Shown here: piece by piece, positions 26,040 through 38,337 of the stretch
How positions within the stretch are numbered: the stretch's first letter is position 1
Layout of the letters: each line of letters starts with the position of its first letter
Source of the DNA: the human T2T-CHM13v2.0 reference genome, Homo sapiens
Length of the DNA stretch: 64,000 nucleotides
Reading direction: 5' to 3'
Assembly (NCBI GenBank): GCA_009914755.4
Contig: CP068257.2
Location: 13,472,001-13,536,000, forward strand
Notes under the pieces: model-generated
What the model saw: only the letters and a program-made list of their open reading frames with translations
What the model was told of the DNA's origin: nothing
The model's database searches: none
Position numbers and translations under genes: made by a program

Positions 26040-26250
26040 TTTACTGAGCACCTACTTAGGGCCAGTCTCAAGAATGAATGTTTGACCTATTTTAGGCTTT
26101 TAATCCACACAACCACAGCAGGGAGTAAATATTATCTCCATTTTACAGATAAGTATATTGAAACTCAGAGGGGTTAAGACACTTGTCCAAAGCCATAGAA
26201 CCTATAATGAACAAAAGTGGGTTTGAACCTATTTCTCCAACTGAGCTTCA
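26040..26250 (-). mobile_element. MIR SINE relic
   Basis: CTCCATTTTACAGATAAGTATATTGAAACTCAGAGGGGTTAAGACACTTGTCCAAAGCCATAGAACCTATAATGAACAAAAGTGGGTTTGAACCTATTTCTCCAACTGAGCTTC matches reverse-complemented MIR (CCATTTTACAGATGAGGAAACTGAGGCTCAGAGAGGTTAAGTAACTTGCCCAAGGTCACACAGCTAGTAAGTGGCAGAGCTGGGATTTGAACCCAGG). Confidence 0.8.
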
Positions 26251-27224
26251 TGTAGACAAGCAGATGTTGGAAAAAGAGTCAGAAAAGAAGAGAAAACAAA
26301 TTATTAGAAAGGAAGGAAGACAATAGAGATTTTATTGTATCCTGAATGGCAAGATAGAAGGGATTCTCTGGGTGATGGTAGGTGTGATAGAAGCATGGGG
26401 GCCAGAAACTAAAAAGTGAGGCCTAGACGGGTGGTGAAGTAGAGGAAGCATGGTGGAAGCTCTGAATGTGAACTCCTAATTCTTTTAATACATGGCAATA
26501 GGGAGAAGGGGTCGAACAAGATGCATTATTAAGGTCATCTTTTATGGGCTCCCTGTTCTTTGGACCCATCTACAAAAAAGACTGTACTTTTCTCATGCTA
26601 TGTATATGTTCTTATATTCTTGGAGGATGGCAGCTATCACCTTACTTAAGACACACCCTAACCTAGATCTCTTGCTACAATCTCTCTCTTCAGATATTGA
26701 TTTGTGTTTCCAGGTGCCCATGCAGTGTGTCCAACTGGTCAATTCAGAGACACCAATATCTGCTCCTGCAAACCTGTTCCTTCCCTACATCCCCTACCTC
26801 AGACCATGTCATCCTACCACTTTAGTCTCCCATGTTATCAACCCTGACATTATCTTTGATGCCTTTCTTACCCCCACTCTGTAAATTCAACACATCTCCA
26901 GTCTTCATAGTTTTAACCCTGAAATGTCTCCAAATACATCACCTCCTCTTAATGCCCCTGCTCATACTATGTATTTTTATACCATAGTCTTATGTCATCG
27001 CATATGTGTAAGAGACATACTTTCATATGAGACTTTGGGTCAAGTCTTCATTATCTCTTGTAGTGATAAAAGCATGGTTGATCTAATCTCTGTCCTTCAC
27101 AGTTATACTCCGCTCTGTCTTTCCATTACTACTGTTACTAGAAATGATTTGTAAAGTGTAAAGCAAGTGGAGTCAAATCTGGCAATGCCTCTCTCTTGCT
27201 TTGAAAACATTAATAAAGGCAGAG

Positions 27225-27488
27225 GCCAGGTTCAGTGGCTCACTCCTATAATCCCAACATTTTGGGAGACGGAGGCAAGAGGACTGTCTAGTCTCTACAA
27301 AAAATTTAAAAATTAGCCAGGTGTGGTGGTGCACACCTGTAGTCCCAGCTATTCAGGAGGCTGAGGCAGGAGGACCTCTTGAGCCCAGTAGTTCAAGGCT
27401 GTAGTGCACTATGATTGCACTTGTGAATAGCCACGATGCTCCATCCTGCACAACTTAGCGAGACTCCATCTCTAAAAAGCAAAAAAAC
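27225..27488 (+). mobile_element. Alu SINE with an internal deletion in the left monomer
   Basis: GGCCAGGTTCAGTGGCTCACTCCTATAATCCCAACATTTTGGGAGACGGAGGCAAGAGGACTGTCTAGTCTCTACAAAAAATTTAAAAATTAGCCAGGTGTGGTGGTGCACACCTGTAGTCCCAGCTATTCAGGAGGCTGAGGCAGGAGGACC...GAGACTCCATCTCTAAAAAGCAAAAAAA. Confidence 0.88.
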
Positions 27489-28140
27489 AAGCTCTAGTAA
27501 TTCCTATATCTTTACAAAAAAAGTTAGCAAACTAGTGACCATAGACCAACATTGGCCCACAGATTTATTTTATTTGGCTGACACAAGTATGGAATCGTTG
27601 TGTTTTAAATTTGTGTTAGTTGTCAATATTTAAAAGTTGAATATTTCACATAAACATTGAGATTTCTGGCTCTGTTGAGAAATCAAGATCAGTCAGCACT
27701 GGGCAGGACTCCCGCAGAGCAGCCACCAGAATTCCATAGCAGCTGCCTGTTACAGAGGGGCATTCCCTCTCCGGTTTAACCCAGTCCTTACAATCATGTC
27801 ATGCTATAATGGGATGTGAGTGGCACTTTACCTCCATAATGTTTCTCCCCAAAGCCATAAAACCCTCGTCTAATCATGAGAACAACATTAGAAAAACTCC
27901 AAGTAAGGGGCATTGTACAAAATTCTTACCAGCATCCCTCAAAATTGTCAATGTCCTCAAAAACAAAAAAAGTCTAAGAAACTGCCACAGCCAGGAGGAA
28001 ACTTAGTCAATAAATGTAATGTGGTATCCTGGATGAGATCATGGAACAGAAAAAGGACTCTGGGTAAAAGCTAAGAAACTCCAAGTAAAGTATGGACTTT
28101 ATTTAATAATAATGCATCATTAAGTGTTTATTTATTCATT

Positions 28141-28431
28141 TATTTTGAGTGAGAGTCTCACTCTGTCACCCAGGCTGGAATGTAGTGGCACAATCTCAGC
28201 TCACTGAAACCTCCACTTCCCAGGCTGAGCAATTCTCCGGTCTCAGCCTCCCGAGTAGCTGGAATTACAGGCACGTACCACCGCGCCTGGCTAATTTTTG
28301 TATTTTTAGCAGAGATGGAGTTTCACCATGTTGGCCAGGCTGGTCTCAAACTCCTGACCTCAAGTGATCTGCCTGCCTTGGTCTCCCAAAATGCTGGGAT
28401 TGCAGATGTGAACTACCTACCATGCCTAGCC
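28141..28431 (-). mobile_element. Alu SINE (antisense)
   Basis: TTTTGAGTGAGAGTCTCACTCTGTCACCCAGGCTGGAATGTAGTGGCACAATCTCAGCTCACTGAAACCTCCACTTCCCAGGCTGAGCAATTCTCC...GGTCTCCCAAAATGCTGGGATTGCAGATGTGAACTACCTACCATGCCTAGCC. Confidence 0.9.
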
Positions 28432-29613
28432 TATTTGTTTATTCATTGTAACAAATATACTATGCTACTATAAGACGTTAGGGGAAACTGGATATATAGA
28501 AATTCTCTGTACTATATTCACAACTTTTCTGTACGTCTAAATCATTAAAATGTTATTTTTCAAAATAAACTAATGGCAAAAGTAAAATGTAGGCAAGCTA
28601 TTTGTTGACCTCTTTCCATTGTTCTAATGCCTTTGTTTCTCTAGTCTGTGTGTTTTAGTGACTCAGTGATACTACATAAAGTATTATCTTGCACATATAT
28701 GCACACACACATATCATTTCATATATCAATTATCTTTCTTTCATGTGTATAAGTACATACATACATATATGAAAGATGACACTTTATGTGTTTTCACTGA
28801 GTCATCGTCTGTATAGGTATATATTTGGAGATTACTAAAGAGCCAAACGCTTCTGATACCTAAATGAATAAATTTCTACTGGTAAAAATTTAAGTCGTTG
28901 TCGTATCTGAATGTGGAAGATAACTATGGTTGGAGTAGAAACTTCCTAATCATAACAGCAGCCCTGACTTTTATTAAAACATTGAAAAAGGGAAAAGACA
29001 CATGGAAACAGCTGGTTTTGTAGGATGTTGAAGATCCAAAGCAAGAGATACTGCAATTAATCTGTGAGGAAGGAAAAATATTTCTATGATTCTCACAAAT
29101 GCTCACAAATCACTTTCACTTTATTAATTTTATTTTGTAAATCATTCCCTATGGTCACCTCAAGGGGTGCATTGTTCTTCTCTCATTTTTTTCAAGGTGA
29201 AGAAATTTTGGCTGAAAGAGACTCACTGACTTTCCAGAGGTTATCTAGGGATTCATTAACAGAATAAAAATTAGGCTCCAGCTAATGTCACTAAGCCATT
29301 GCTATCCTCTGCATCTTCTTGCTTCCCTCAATCCAAAGAGGTTCTAAATAAGGAGATAACATAATTACATAACTTTAGGGAAAATGCAAATGAACCAAAT
29401 CTGGAGAAAAGATGAAGATAAATTAATCAGAACGAATGAGATAGCTTAGGATTGCATGGTGTTCAGGAGACAGCAAATTAAATTGCCATTTGTAAGGAAT
29501 AAGATAGGGCAATAAGAAAGGCCAGAGATATTCTGTTCTGTACTCAAAGAGGGATAGCATAACCCGAAGACAAAGTAAGGGCACGGTGCTAGTATTAGGA
29601 TGGTGCCATTACT

Positions 29614-29906
29614 TTTTTTTTCTTTTTGAGACGGAGTCTCGCTCTGTCGCCCAGGCTGGAGCGCAGTGGCTCGATCTCCGCTCACTAACCTCCGCCTTCC
29701 GGGTTCACGCCGTTCTCCTGCCTCAGCCTCCCGAGTAGCTGGGACTACTGGCGCCCGCCACCACGCCTGGCTAATTTTTGTATTTTTAGTAGAGACGGGG
29801 TTTCACCGTGTTAGCCAGGATGGTCTCGATCTCCTGACCTCATGATCTGCCCACCTCGGCCTCCCAAAGTGCTGGGATTACAGGCATGAGCGACTGTGCC
29901 CGGCCG
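29614..29906 (-). mobile_element. Young Alu (AluY-like, near-consensus) with perfect 15-bp target-site duplication GGTGCCATTACTTTT
   Basis: TTTTTTTTTCTTTTTGAGACGGAGTCTCGCTCTGTCGCCCAGGCTGGAGCGCAGTGGCTCGATCTCCGCTCACTAACCTCCGCCTTCCGGGTTCACGCCGTTCTCCTGCCTCAGCCTCCCGAGTAGCTGGGACTACTGGCGCCCGCCACCACGCCTGGCTAATTTTTGTATTTTTAGTAGAGACGGGGTTTCACCGTGTTAGCCAGGATGGTCTCGATCTCCTGACCTCATGATCTGCCCACCTCGGCCTCCCAAAGTGCTGGGATTACAGGCATGAGCGACTGTGCCCGGCC is almost identical to the AluY consensus (reverse complement). The flanking GGTGCCATTACTTTT occurs at 29599-29613 and 29907-29921. Confidence 0.93.
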
Positions 29907-32499
29907 GTGCCATTACTTTTAATGGCAAAAACAGCAACTGCTTTTGCAGCAACCTAATAGTAAACGTGCTGAGGCCGCATCTATTCTGGGGGACTCATTT
30001 TGGGGTCCATGAACACAAAACGTGCAGACTTTTTGGAAGAACGCCAAGAAATAACATATGCAGATAATATGTGAAGGACTCGGGCTGCTTTCCTCACTGT
30101 CCGTCAAGTTCTGAAGACAAAATTATGCCAGATGGAATTGGTTTAGCCAGCTGAATAACTCAGGTGGGAGGTCTGTGTAGACATGTTTTGTTCAGTTTTT
30201 GTTGCCTTCAATTTTTGATATGGAAGGTTCTGTTTGGATGGGGATAACCATACATGTGTGTGAAATAAGTGACTTACTGTCTACAAGGTATAGCCCCAAA
30301 ATTTCTATCTTGGACCCACAGTGATATCATTTTCTCTGTGGCCTGATAGTCCCAGCATGAGAGAAGGAACGACTTGGGAATTAAAAAAAAAAAAAAACAA
30401 AAATCACTGCAGAAAGTGTGATTTCCGAAAAGGCATAGGTAAAACTCTCTTTACATTATTGGAGCAAGACCTTCTGGTGCTCTTCCTCAGAGCATCTTCA
30501 CAAGGTTGTTTATGAACGGATCCCACTGACATCCTGGGATTCACAGAAGAGTGCTTGGTGTAAAGAGATGCCATTTGCATTATGCTCGGGTGATCTTTAA
30601 TCAATGTTTTTTTCTATCTGACAGAAGGGGCAATATCCATCTACCTCTAAAGGCAGGCAGAGCTGAGTGATGTCATCATGAACTGATGGCAGTAGGTAGG
30701 AGAAATCTCTCCCAGGCACAGGTGATACCTAAGAAAGTGAGTAAATTCTACTTTTGTAGACAATGGCTGCTGAGTGGAGACAAGGGAAGTTTGTATTGAG
30801 CAGGGTAGGAGAACTGAGAAGAATCTAACTTTACCTACTTTACTCTGCCTTCACCCTGATGACCAGGGAGGTGAGAGCCATGTTTTGCCCTTCTTATCTC
30901 CCCTTCCACCTTTTAGTATCAACATGATCTCCCCTCAAAGCCAATGCCCTCTGAGGGGAATGACTCAGCCCCTACTCTGCTATAACAATATGAACATTTG
31001 TCAATACAATTAATATTCTAAATGGATGGATCCATGCTTTTTCTCTTCCCCTAGCACTGTTGGAATAACAGTATCTGGAAAAAGTAATGTAAACACTCAA
31101 AAGAATGATTTCAAAAAAGAAATACAGAAATTGCCACAATCTAAGACACTTTCATTTCAACCAGAAAGGAGACCAAGGACATTAAAAAAAAATTTGAGGC
31201 TGAATTGAATGATTAAGTCTTGGCAAATGTCTTTTGACACCAAGAAGGATGTGGGGAAAGGGAGTTTTAAAGAAAACTTGCAGTTAGAGAGTCTAGAGTG
31301 AGAATTAGAGGTTCTGGGATGAAAAAGGGCATGAAGGATTTGTCAAAGCCAAAGGATAAATGAGCTGATTTGGGAAGGGAGAGGAAACTCTCTATTTCTT
31401 TCTTTGTTCTTTGCTTTGGGCCTGGAAAGAGGCAGAAACCCATTCTCAAAGAATGTGAATGTAGTTCTTTCATGTTTCTATCACATTTTTTGTCCTTTTT
31501 TTGGATGAACCATTTGAATGCTTACAAAAATCTACTTCTGCATTGCATAACTCAAGACTTGAAACCAAAGATGTCTGGAAGCCAAGAACTCATTTTCTTA
31601 TTTAGGACATGAAAGCCCCAGGTACACAAGATCTTACATTTATGATATGGAGAAAAATCTATAATGCTTATGTTTATTATTTGATTTCTACCATTTCCTA
31701 ATTTTTCAATTTTAATTGACATTGGTATGACTTGACATGGCAAGAACAAGGGACTAAGTATACCAAACTAGCACTTCGTTTAGTATTGATATGTATAACC
31801 ACAGCGGCTGTAATAGCACATTGCCTCAGATTTAGTTGAGAGCTGAAGAAATTCTCTGCAGCCTCAGAACAAGAATTTATTAAATCTTTTTTAGAGGGGT
31901 ATTACCAGACACAAATGTCAAGTCAAGGAACAAAGGGACTAATCCAAATTCACAAAGAATTTGACTGGCTGTGTCTCCTGAACCCGTGACTTCCTCCAGC
32001 ACTTCAGATGTGGCATGAAGCAGGAGGGATTTCCTAACGGTGCAGATGCACTAGAAGCCAGAGGGTCAGGGAGACCTCTTCTCTCACTGGTGCTTGGAAG
32101 ATTTCCATAAGTAACTCCCAGTGCTACTCATGAGAACTACATAAATTAAGCCTTCAGTTCAGGATAGAACCCAGACTTGTAGCTGAGGGCATACTCAGGA
32201 CAAAGTGGCCTCTGAGTATGCTTAGAACTCAGAATTCAAGGGCAGTCAGAAGAAGGCTAGACACATCTTCAAAATGTGTTGGAATCCATTTGTGATAGCT
32301 GTCAATAGCTTTATATAACTAATTTACACAGCTCATGATTAACTAGTAGCTAAAATGTTACAGAAATGCCCTCATAAATATATTTCCAAAATCAATTTGG
32401 GAGCATTGATTATGTCTCGTTTATTGAAAGAATGTAGTGAGTTGTAAGGGTCAAAGGCAAGATGACATTAGTGAGAAAGTGAGTAAGCATTCAAAAAGG

Positions 32500-32650
32500 A
32501 GGGCAGATATCTAGAACTGGACTGTCCAATAGAGTAGCCACAAGCCACATGTAATAATGTAAATGTAAATGTAAATTAATTAAAATTAAATGACATGTAA
32601 AGTCCGGTCTTTAGTCACACTAGCACATGTCAAGTGTTCAATAGCCACAT
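32500..32650. mobile_element. Palindromic MITE-like DNA-transposon relic (about 150 bp)
   Basis: CTGTCCAATAGAGTAGCCACAAGCCACATGTAATAATGTAAATGTAAATGTAAATTAATTAAAATTAAATGACATGTAAAGTCCGGTCTTTAGTCACACTAGCACATGTCAAGTGTTCAATAGCCACATTTGCAG. The arms TAGCCACAAGCCACATGT and ACATGTCAAGTGTTCAATAGCCACA are inverted around an A/T-rich centre. This matches a remembered human MITE consensus (CTGTCCAATATGGTAGCCACTAGCCACATGTGGCTATTTAAATTTAAATTAATTAAAATTAAATAAAATTAAAAATTCAGTTCCTCAGTCGCACTAGCCACATTTCAAGTGCTCAATAGCCACATGTGGCTAG). Confidence 0.55.
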
Positions 32651-33796
32651 TTGCAGAGTGCAGAGAAGAACATGTCCATTGTTCCTTTCCTTTTGAAAGT
32701 TCTACCACACTATGCAGATCCAGACCCTTCTGCCTCTGTCCCCCAACCCTACAGCATATGTAATTTCCAAATCCCCATCAGTGCAATTTTAAGATTCAGA
32801 ATGACTCTAGAAGAAACCAAAAAAATAAAAGTCAAAAAACTAGAACAAGGCTGTTGCCACTATCAGCTGACTACGTAGCTAATGAGCTCATGGCCATGGG
32901 GGTAGGAACTACTTTGGAGCCTAATTTTTTCCGTACATGTGAGAAGCTCTGAATTGACCCCAAGGCGTTCTAGCTAAAGTCATCTTCCTTTAGGTTGTGG
33001 TCATGTGTTTATAGGGTCTGTCTACATTTGATATCTGCTCCTGGCTGTTCCTCTAACTACACAGCCTCCCAACACAATCAGATGATGGTTTAAGAGAAAC
33101 AGTCTTTGACGGACTAAGCCCATGCCTTGCCCAAGTCCACCCATATCACTGTGGTTTCCTCATTCATGTGAATATTATAGGTTAAAGTCAGGGTTCAGGG
33201 TCTAGAAGCAGGACATGAAGTATAAAAAGAGACATCAGAATTACTGGAACACTAACATATGAATGAGTATGCGCAAATGCTATTACATGGTGAGCAAACA
33301 TAAGATAATTCATTTCATGAAATAAGCTTAGTTGCCAAAACCATGTTTAGTCGGAATCTTTTTTTTTTTTTTGCAGCCATGTGATTTTTCAAATTATCTT
33401 CTGTGTGAGTATCAATAATTGTAAAAACCAGTCAAACATTCCTTCCTTTGGACTTTACCCTCCTGTAACTGAAGTGCTTGATCTAACCTTTGACATAAAA
33501 TCAGGCTAGTGTCACAGAGTGGGGCTGCACCTACTGTTCTCAAAAACATCTATGGAGAAGAGTGGCAGAGTGCTGTTATTTCTAAAAAGGAGAGACTAAA
33601 TAAATGGTTTTAAAATAAGCACAAGTTACTACTACTTTGCTTATTTTTGTTACAATTGCTCAATAATAGATGTGATTGATAATATGATAATATAGATAAA
33701 TCAGGAGCATTCTACTTAAATGGGTCTCTTCCCCAGGAATAATTATTTTCTAGAAGGTTGTGCCTGAAAAGGTTGGTGTAGTTGGGTGCTGTATTT

Positions 33797-34080
33797 CTTT
33801 CTTTCTTTTTTGGAGATGGAGTCTCGCTCTGTCAACCATGCTGGAGTTCAGTGGTGCGATCTTGGTTCACTGCAGCCTCCCACTCCCGGGTTCTAGCAAT
33901 TCTCCTGCCTCAGCCTCCTGGGTAGCTAGGTTTACAGGCATATGCCACCACGCCTGGCTAATTTCTGTATTTTTAGTACAGACGGGGTTTCACCATGTTG
34001 ACCAGGTTGGTCTCGAACTCCTGACCTCAGGTGATCCACTTTGGTCTCCCAAAGTGTTAGGATTACAGGCGTGAGCCATA
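33797..34080 (-). mobile_element. Alu SINE (antisense) flanked by 13-bp target-site duplication GGTGCTGTATTTC
   Basis: TTTCTTTCTTTTTTGGAGATGGAGTCTCGCTCTGTCAACCATGCTGGAGTTCAGTGGTGCGATCTTGGTTCACTGCAGCCTCCCACTCCCGGGTTCTAGCAATTCTCCTGCCTCAGCCTCCTGGGTAGCTAGG...GGATTACAGGCGTGAGCCATA. GGTGCTGTATTTC is present at 33784-33796 and 34081-34093. Confidence 0.92.
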
Positions 34081-35295
34081 GGTGCTGTATTTCATCTTAA
34101 CTTCTGTTTCTGATGACCAGGTAAAGACGACATAATAAAAGAACTAGGGACTACATTGACAATAGGGCATGAAGAAAATTCTTATACTCTAGCCTTGCTC
34201 ATTTTGTTGCAATAAAAACAAACAAACTGAACAATGTGATATGTTTCTGGAATAGGTGGAGGAAAGACAATGGCTTTTTTCAGACAGAGGTGTTGCATTT
34301 ATTTGAGTTAATCCTGAAGTTCTCTGAAATTTGGCAATGGTAGTTTTATGTTTCAATTCGGTGACTGCTGTTTAAACTGCAGGATTGATGCACAAATGAT
34401 CCATAACACATTTTGGCATATTAAATCATCTTCACAGTTCTAATACATCATGAAACCCAATTTACATATAACGTAGGCACAGAAGATGAAAAGCTGAGAA
34501 CAGACCCCTGTTTCAAAAGGCATCAGGCACACTACTTTATTTTCTTGAAGCTCCAGTAACTTCTATAAATCCATCGCTGGAAAAGGTTATTAAACTGCCA
34601 GGCCCTTCTTCTGTCTTCTCAATCTTTAATTCCCCTCCTCTTCTCACATGCCATATGGAAACTCTTCTCTCCCCCTCCCATTTTTTTTTCATTTTTATTC
34701 CACAGCTCCTTTCCCTTGAGCTGAATCTCTCAAAGTCATGGACCATGATAAACATAATTTTTCTCTTTCTGTTTAAACTTGTAATGTATTTGGATTTTAC
34801 AATTTTATTTATTTATTTTTGTCTATGGTAGCTGTGACATAGCAATAGATGTAGTGGACAAGAAGGCAGCTTCATCAGATTCTGGATCTGATCTTAGAAA
34901 TGTAGCACCTGGATAATAACACAAGGTCAAAGTGTGACCAGTAGGCACGATGTGCCATTATGTCATAATATCAATTTCTACTGTCATTATAGACAATAGA
35001 CTTTCAGCCTACCATCCAGGTATTATGAGCTATATGGTATACAGCCAAAGACATCACAGGATGGACAGAGTGCAAAAACTGGCTTCCACCACATCTCAGA
35101 ATAAATAATTCCTTTGAATTAGATCAGTAAATATTAAAATATTACTTAATCATGTCTCTTAGAAAAAATAATGAGAATGTTTTATGTTCTATTAGAATTA
35201 AAATCAATGTCCTCTACCATCATTGTCAGTTGCTTGGCACTAGATAAAAAAGGCATTGTGTCTGCCAAAATTTTCCTTTCCTCCAGGGTCCTTAG

Positions 35296-35512
35296 ATCAG
35301 GGTTTCTCAACTTTGGCACTATGTGCGTTTTGGGGTAGATCATTATTTGTTTTGGAGGTTTGTTTGGAGGTTGCAAAATAGTTAGCAGTATGCTTGGCCT
35401 ATGCTTCCTATGTGCCAGGAGCATCCACTGTAGTTGTGACACCACAAAAGTCTCTAGACATTGTCAAATATCTCCTGAGGTGCAAAATCTCTCCCAGTTG
35501 AGCACCACCGTC
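35296..35512 (-). mobile_element. Second MER20-like hAT-Charlie relic, opposite orientation to the copy at 13250
   Basis: CAGGGTTTCTCAACTTTGGCACTATGTGCGTTTTGGGGTAGATCATTATTTGTTTTGGAGG...GCTTGGCCTATGCTTCCTATGTGCCAGGAGCATCCACTGTAGTTGTGACACCACAAAAGTCTCTAGACATTGTCAAATATCTCCTGAGGTGCAAAATCTCTCCCAGTTGAGCACCACCG aligns to the reverse complement of the MER20 consensus (CAGGGTTTCTCAACCTCGGCACTATTGACATTTTGGGCCAG...CCAGTTGTGACAACCAAAAATGTCTCCAGACATTGCCAAATGTCCCCTGG...GGTTGAGAACCACTG). Confidence 0.65.
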
Positions 35513-38337
35513 CTAGATCTATAAGGCATGGATCTTTCATCTCCTATTTCTTTTTCTCCTCTTGTTTTATGCTCCAGGCTAATCCCTGCCCCAAGCGATA
35601 TCTACCTGTCCCCACCTCCCCACATCCTCTTGGTTTTCTGAAATAGATTAATAACAGACCCTCTCCACATCCTCTTGGTTCTCTGAAATAGATTATTGGT
35701 TACCTGAAACTATCTTTGAAATGCCTGTGTAAACCACAACAGATTCCCTTGGGCCTCAAGGGAGTCACAGAAAAGTCTGAAGCAATGTAGAAAAAAATAA
35801 AGTAGCTAGAAAGTGTGAGGAATGTCTGTCTAGCTCTCTAGGTTGCTGTATTGGGGAATCAAGTTTACATTGGCTGCTAAGGTTTGACTATCTGGGACAA
35901 TTTGAAAGTAATATTATGGGGTTAGCTTGAAACTCCCCTGAAGAATAAAGGACCCAAGTTTATATCCCACAAAACTTTTCTTCTTGTGGAAGCTTAAAAC
36001 TCTTATTGATTTCCTATGAAAATTATTCACCTTGGATATTCCATAACCTTTAAAAATTATCTAAACCTTCTAAGTCCCACCCTGCTTGGCCTACTTACTT
36101 TCAGCAGGTGACCACATCTTTGATTTTAAACTATGGAAATTGAGGAGAAGATCCGACTCACCCTGACATCAGCTTTCTTTTTAAAACTTCTTCCTTTGTT
36201 CCTTAAAATATCTCTTTTTCCTACCTCTCAGCTACACTCATCATTTCCCCATTCCTTCCCTTTACTTCTTATGGTTGTCTCCGGTTTCATTGGCTGAGAT
36301 TGTTCTCCTTTTTAAAACTAGCCCCTCGAACTGTATCTATGACCTTCAGCCTCTTATTATCTGCTTTCTTTACATCTTCCAAAGATGGTACCATCTTATT
36401 GGTACCTTTTACTTTTATTGGTACCTTCCACTGAGTCTACAAATATCACTGCCCGGCTTACCAGTTTGCCTATCCATTACCACAAGCTTTTCTCTCGTAG
36501 TCTCTCCATCTCCTTTCTGTCTTTTCTCTTTCCTTTCCTTTTCTCCCAACAGATGTCTCAAAAAAATAACCTATGCTCCTCACTTTAACTCTATGCCTCC
36601 CACACCTTGAATCTCTTGCATGGTTGTTTCTATCTTCACAAATATGCTGAAATTGTTCTTGCTGTTTAACAGTGACAATTTAACCATTGAACCTATGGAA
36701 TTTTTAAGCCTTAATATTTGGAGATTTGACACTATGGTCACTTTCTCGGTTTTTCAAACGTTCTTACATCCTCCTGATTTTTTATCTGTTACCTTTACTG
36801 TTTCTTTTCCCTGCTCTTGTCGCCTAGTACTCTAGGCAAATTAACTCAAGCTTCAGATGTCTGCTTTTCTGTCTAATGTATCCAGTCCTGAACACCACTT
36901 CCATTCAGAGATGCCAATGTTGTTATAAAAATAAATTTAGTGACTTCCTCTTAACTTAGAAGTGGCATCCATTCTCCTCTTTATATGATTCTTTTTTCAG
37001 AGTGGGACAATGTCTTTAATCACCTAGAGTGGAACCTTTGGAACTTAGAGACCTATTTGGCCCAAGCAACAGGGCTATAATTTCATGATCCTACCAGACC
37101 CTTTATTATAAATACTGATGCTAAGCTGAAAGGAAGTAGAAGTTTTGGAAGGGGGGCATATATTAGAGCAGGAATTTTTGCCAGCAGGAGTCTATTATAT
37201 AGATATAACAGTGTGCATGTGCAAGGGTGGGTGATGGGGAAGAAATTGGCAAATCATGAGTAATATTTAAAAACGTAAGTCAAAAGTAACTATATATAAT
37301 ATCTAGAAATTTATAGATCAGTGCAAAAATCATCCAGGAGATTGAAATTAGCTCTGGAAAAAGAAAAATTGAAGGATCTGATGAAGCCTGATTTAATTGT
37401 AGTAAGTATTTAGAATTCATCGACCCTTTAAATTACGTACGTGTAAATAAAATCCGCATACCTAACTAATAAGCAATATCATCAGCATTAATAGTTAACT
37501 ATGAGAAATAGAGAAGAATGCAGGATGTAACATAAAGAAAACTTCTTGCTGTGTAGAAGCTTTCTGGGCTAGATGGAAGAGTCTGAAAAATGAGGAAGGG
37601 AAGAACAAATGAGATGAGATGCCAGCTAGGTGCTGATTCTCTTGATCAGTCTATATATTTGAAAGCCATGGGGGTGGGTGGAGACCATGAGATGGCTTGG
37701 GAATCTTGGCACTAAGATTATTAAGTCATTAAGAAAGAATATGTTCCATTTTCCACTGGGAGCGTTGGTTGCCTCCCTTCCACCTTGGCAGCCACAGCAA
37801 AGTAGAAATGGTATGTTAGGCAAAGAACAGGGCCTTAAGATATTCCCTCCACCTCAGTTGGCATGGTATTTTGTAGAAGGAAGGAGAAAAGTTCTTACCC
37901 TGAGATCTTTTCTGGGCCTCACTGGGCCTCATATTTTAAGGGGGTATATATTGGTCTTTTTCTGATCAAGTCCTGCCCTACCGGACCAGAAGTCCATTGG
38001 AACAAAGGGACTTGCCCATACAGAACTTAACTCCCTCCCACCATTCTAGGCCATGCTCTGGACACTTGAGATCCTAGAAACTCTGCCAAGACTGCCCTCA
38101 GCCTGTATCTGGACTTTGTGTGTCTCTTCCTGGGTCTATTGCTGGAGGGTAAGTCATAGCACCAGTGTGTAAACTCCTAGATCTGAGGGGTGGCCAAGAA
38201 GTGGTTATTTGTGTGTGTGTTGGGGGAGGGGAGGTGGTTGCCATGGGGTAAACATGGGAGCTTAAATATGTGTGTGTGGGGGGGATTTCCACACAAGTGT
38301 GCTTAGGGTCATGGGGAGAAAAACTAGAGATGGGAAA

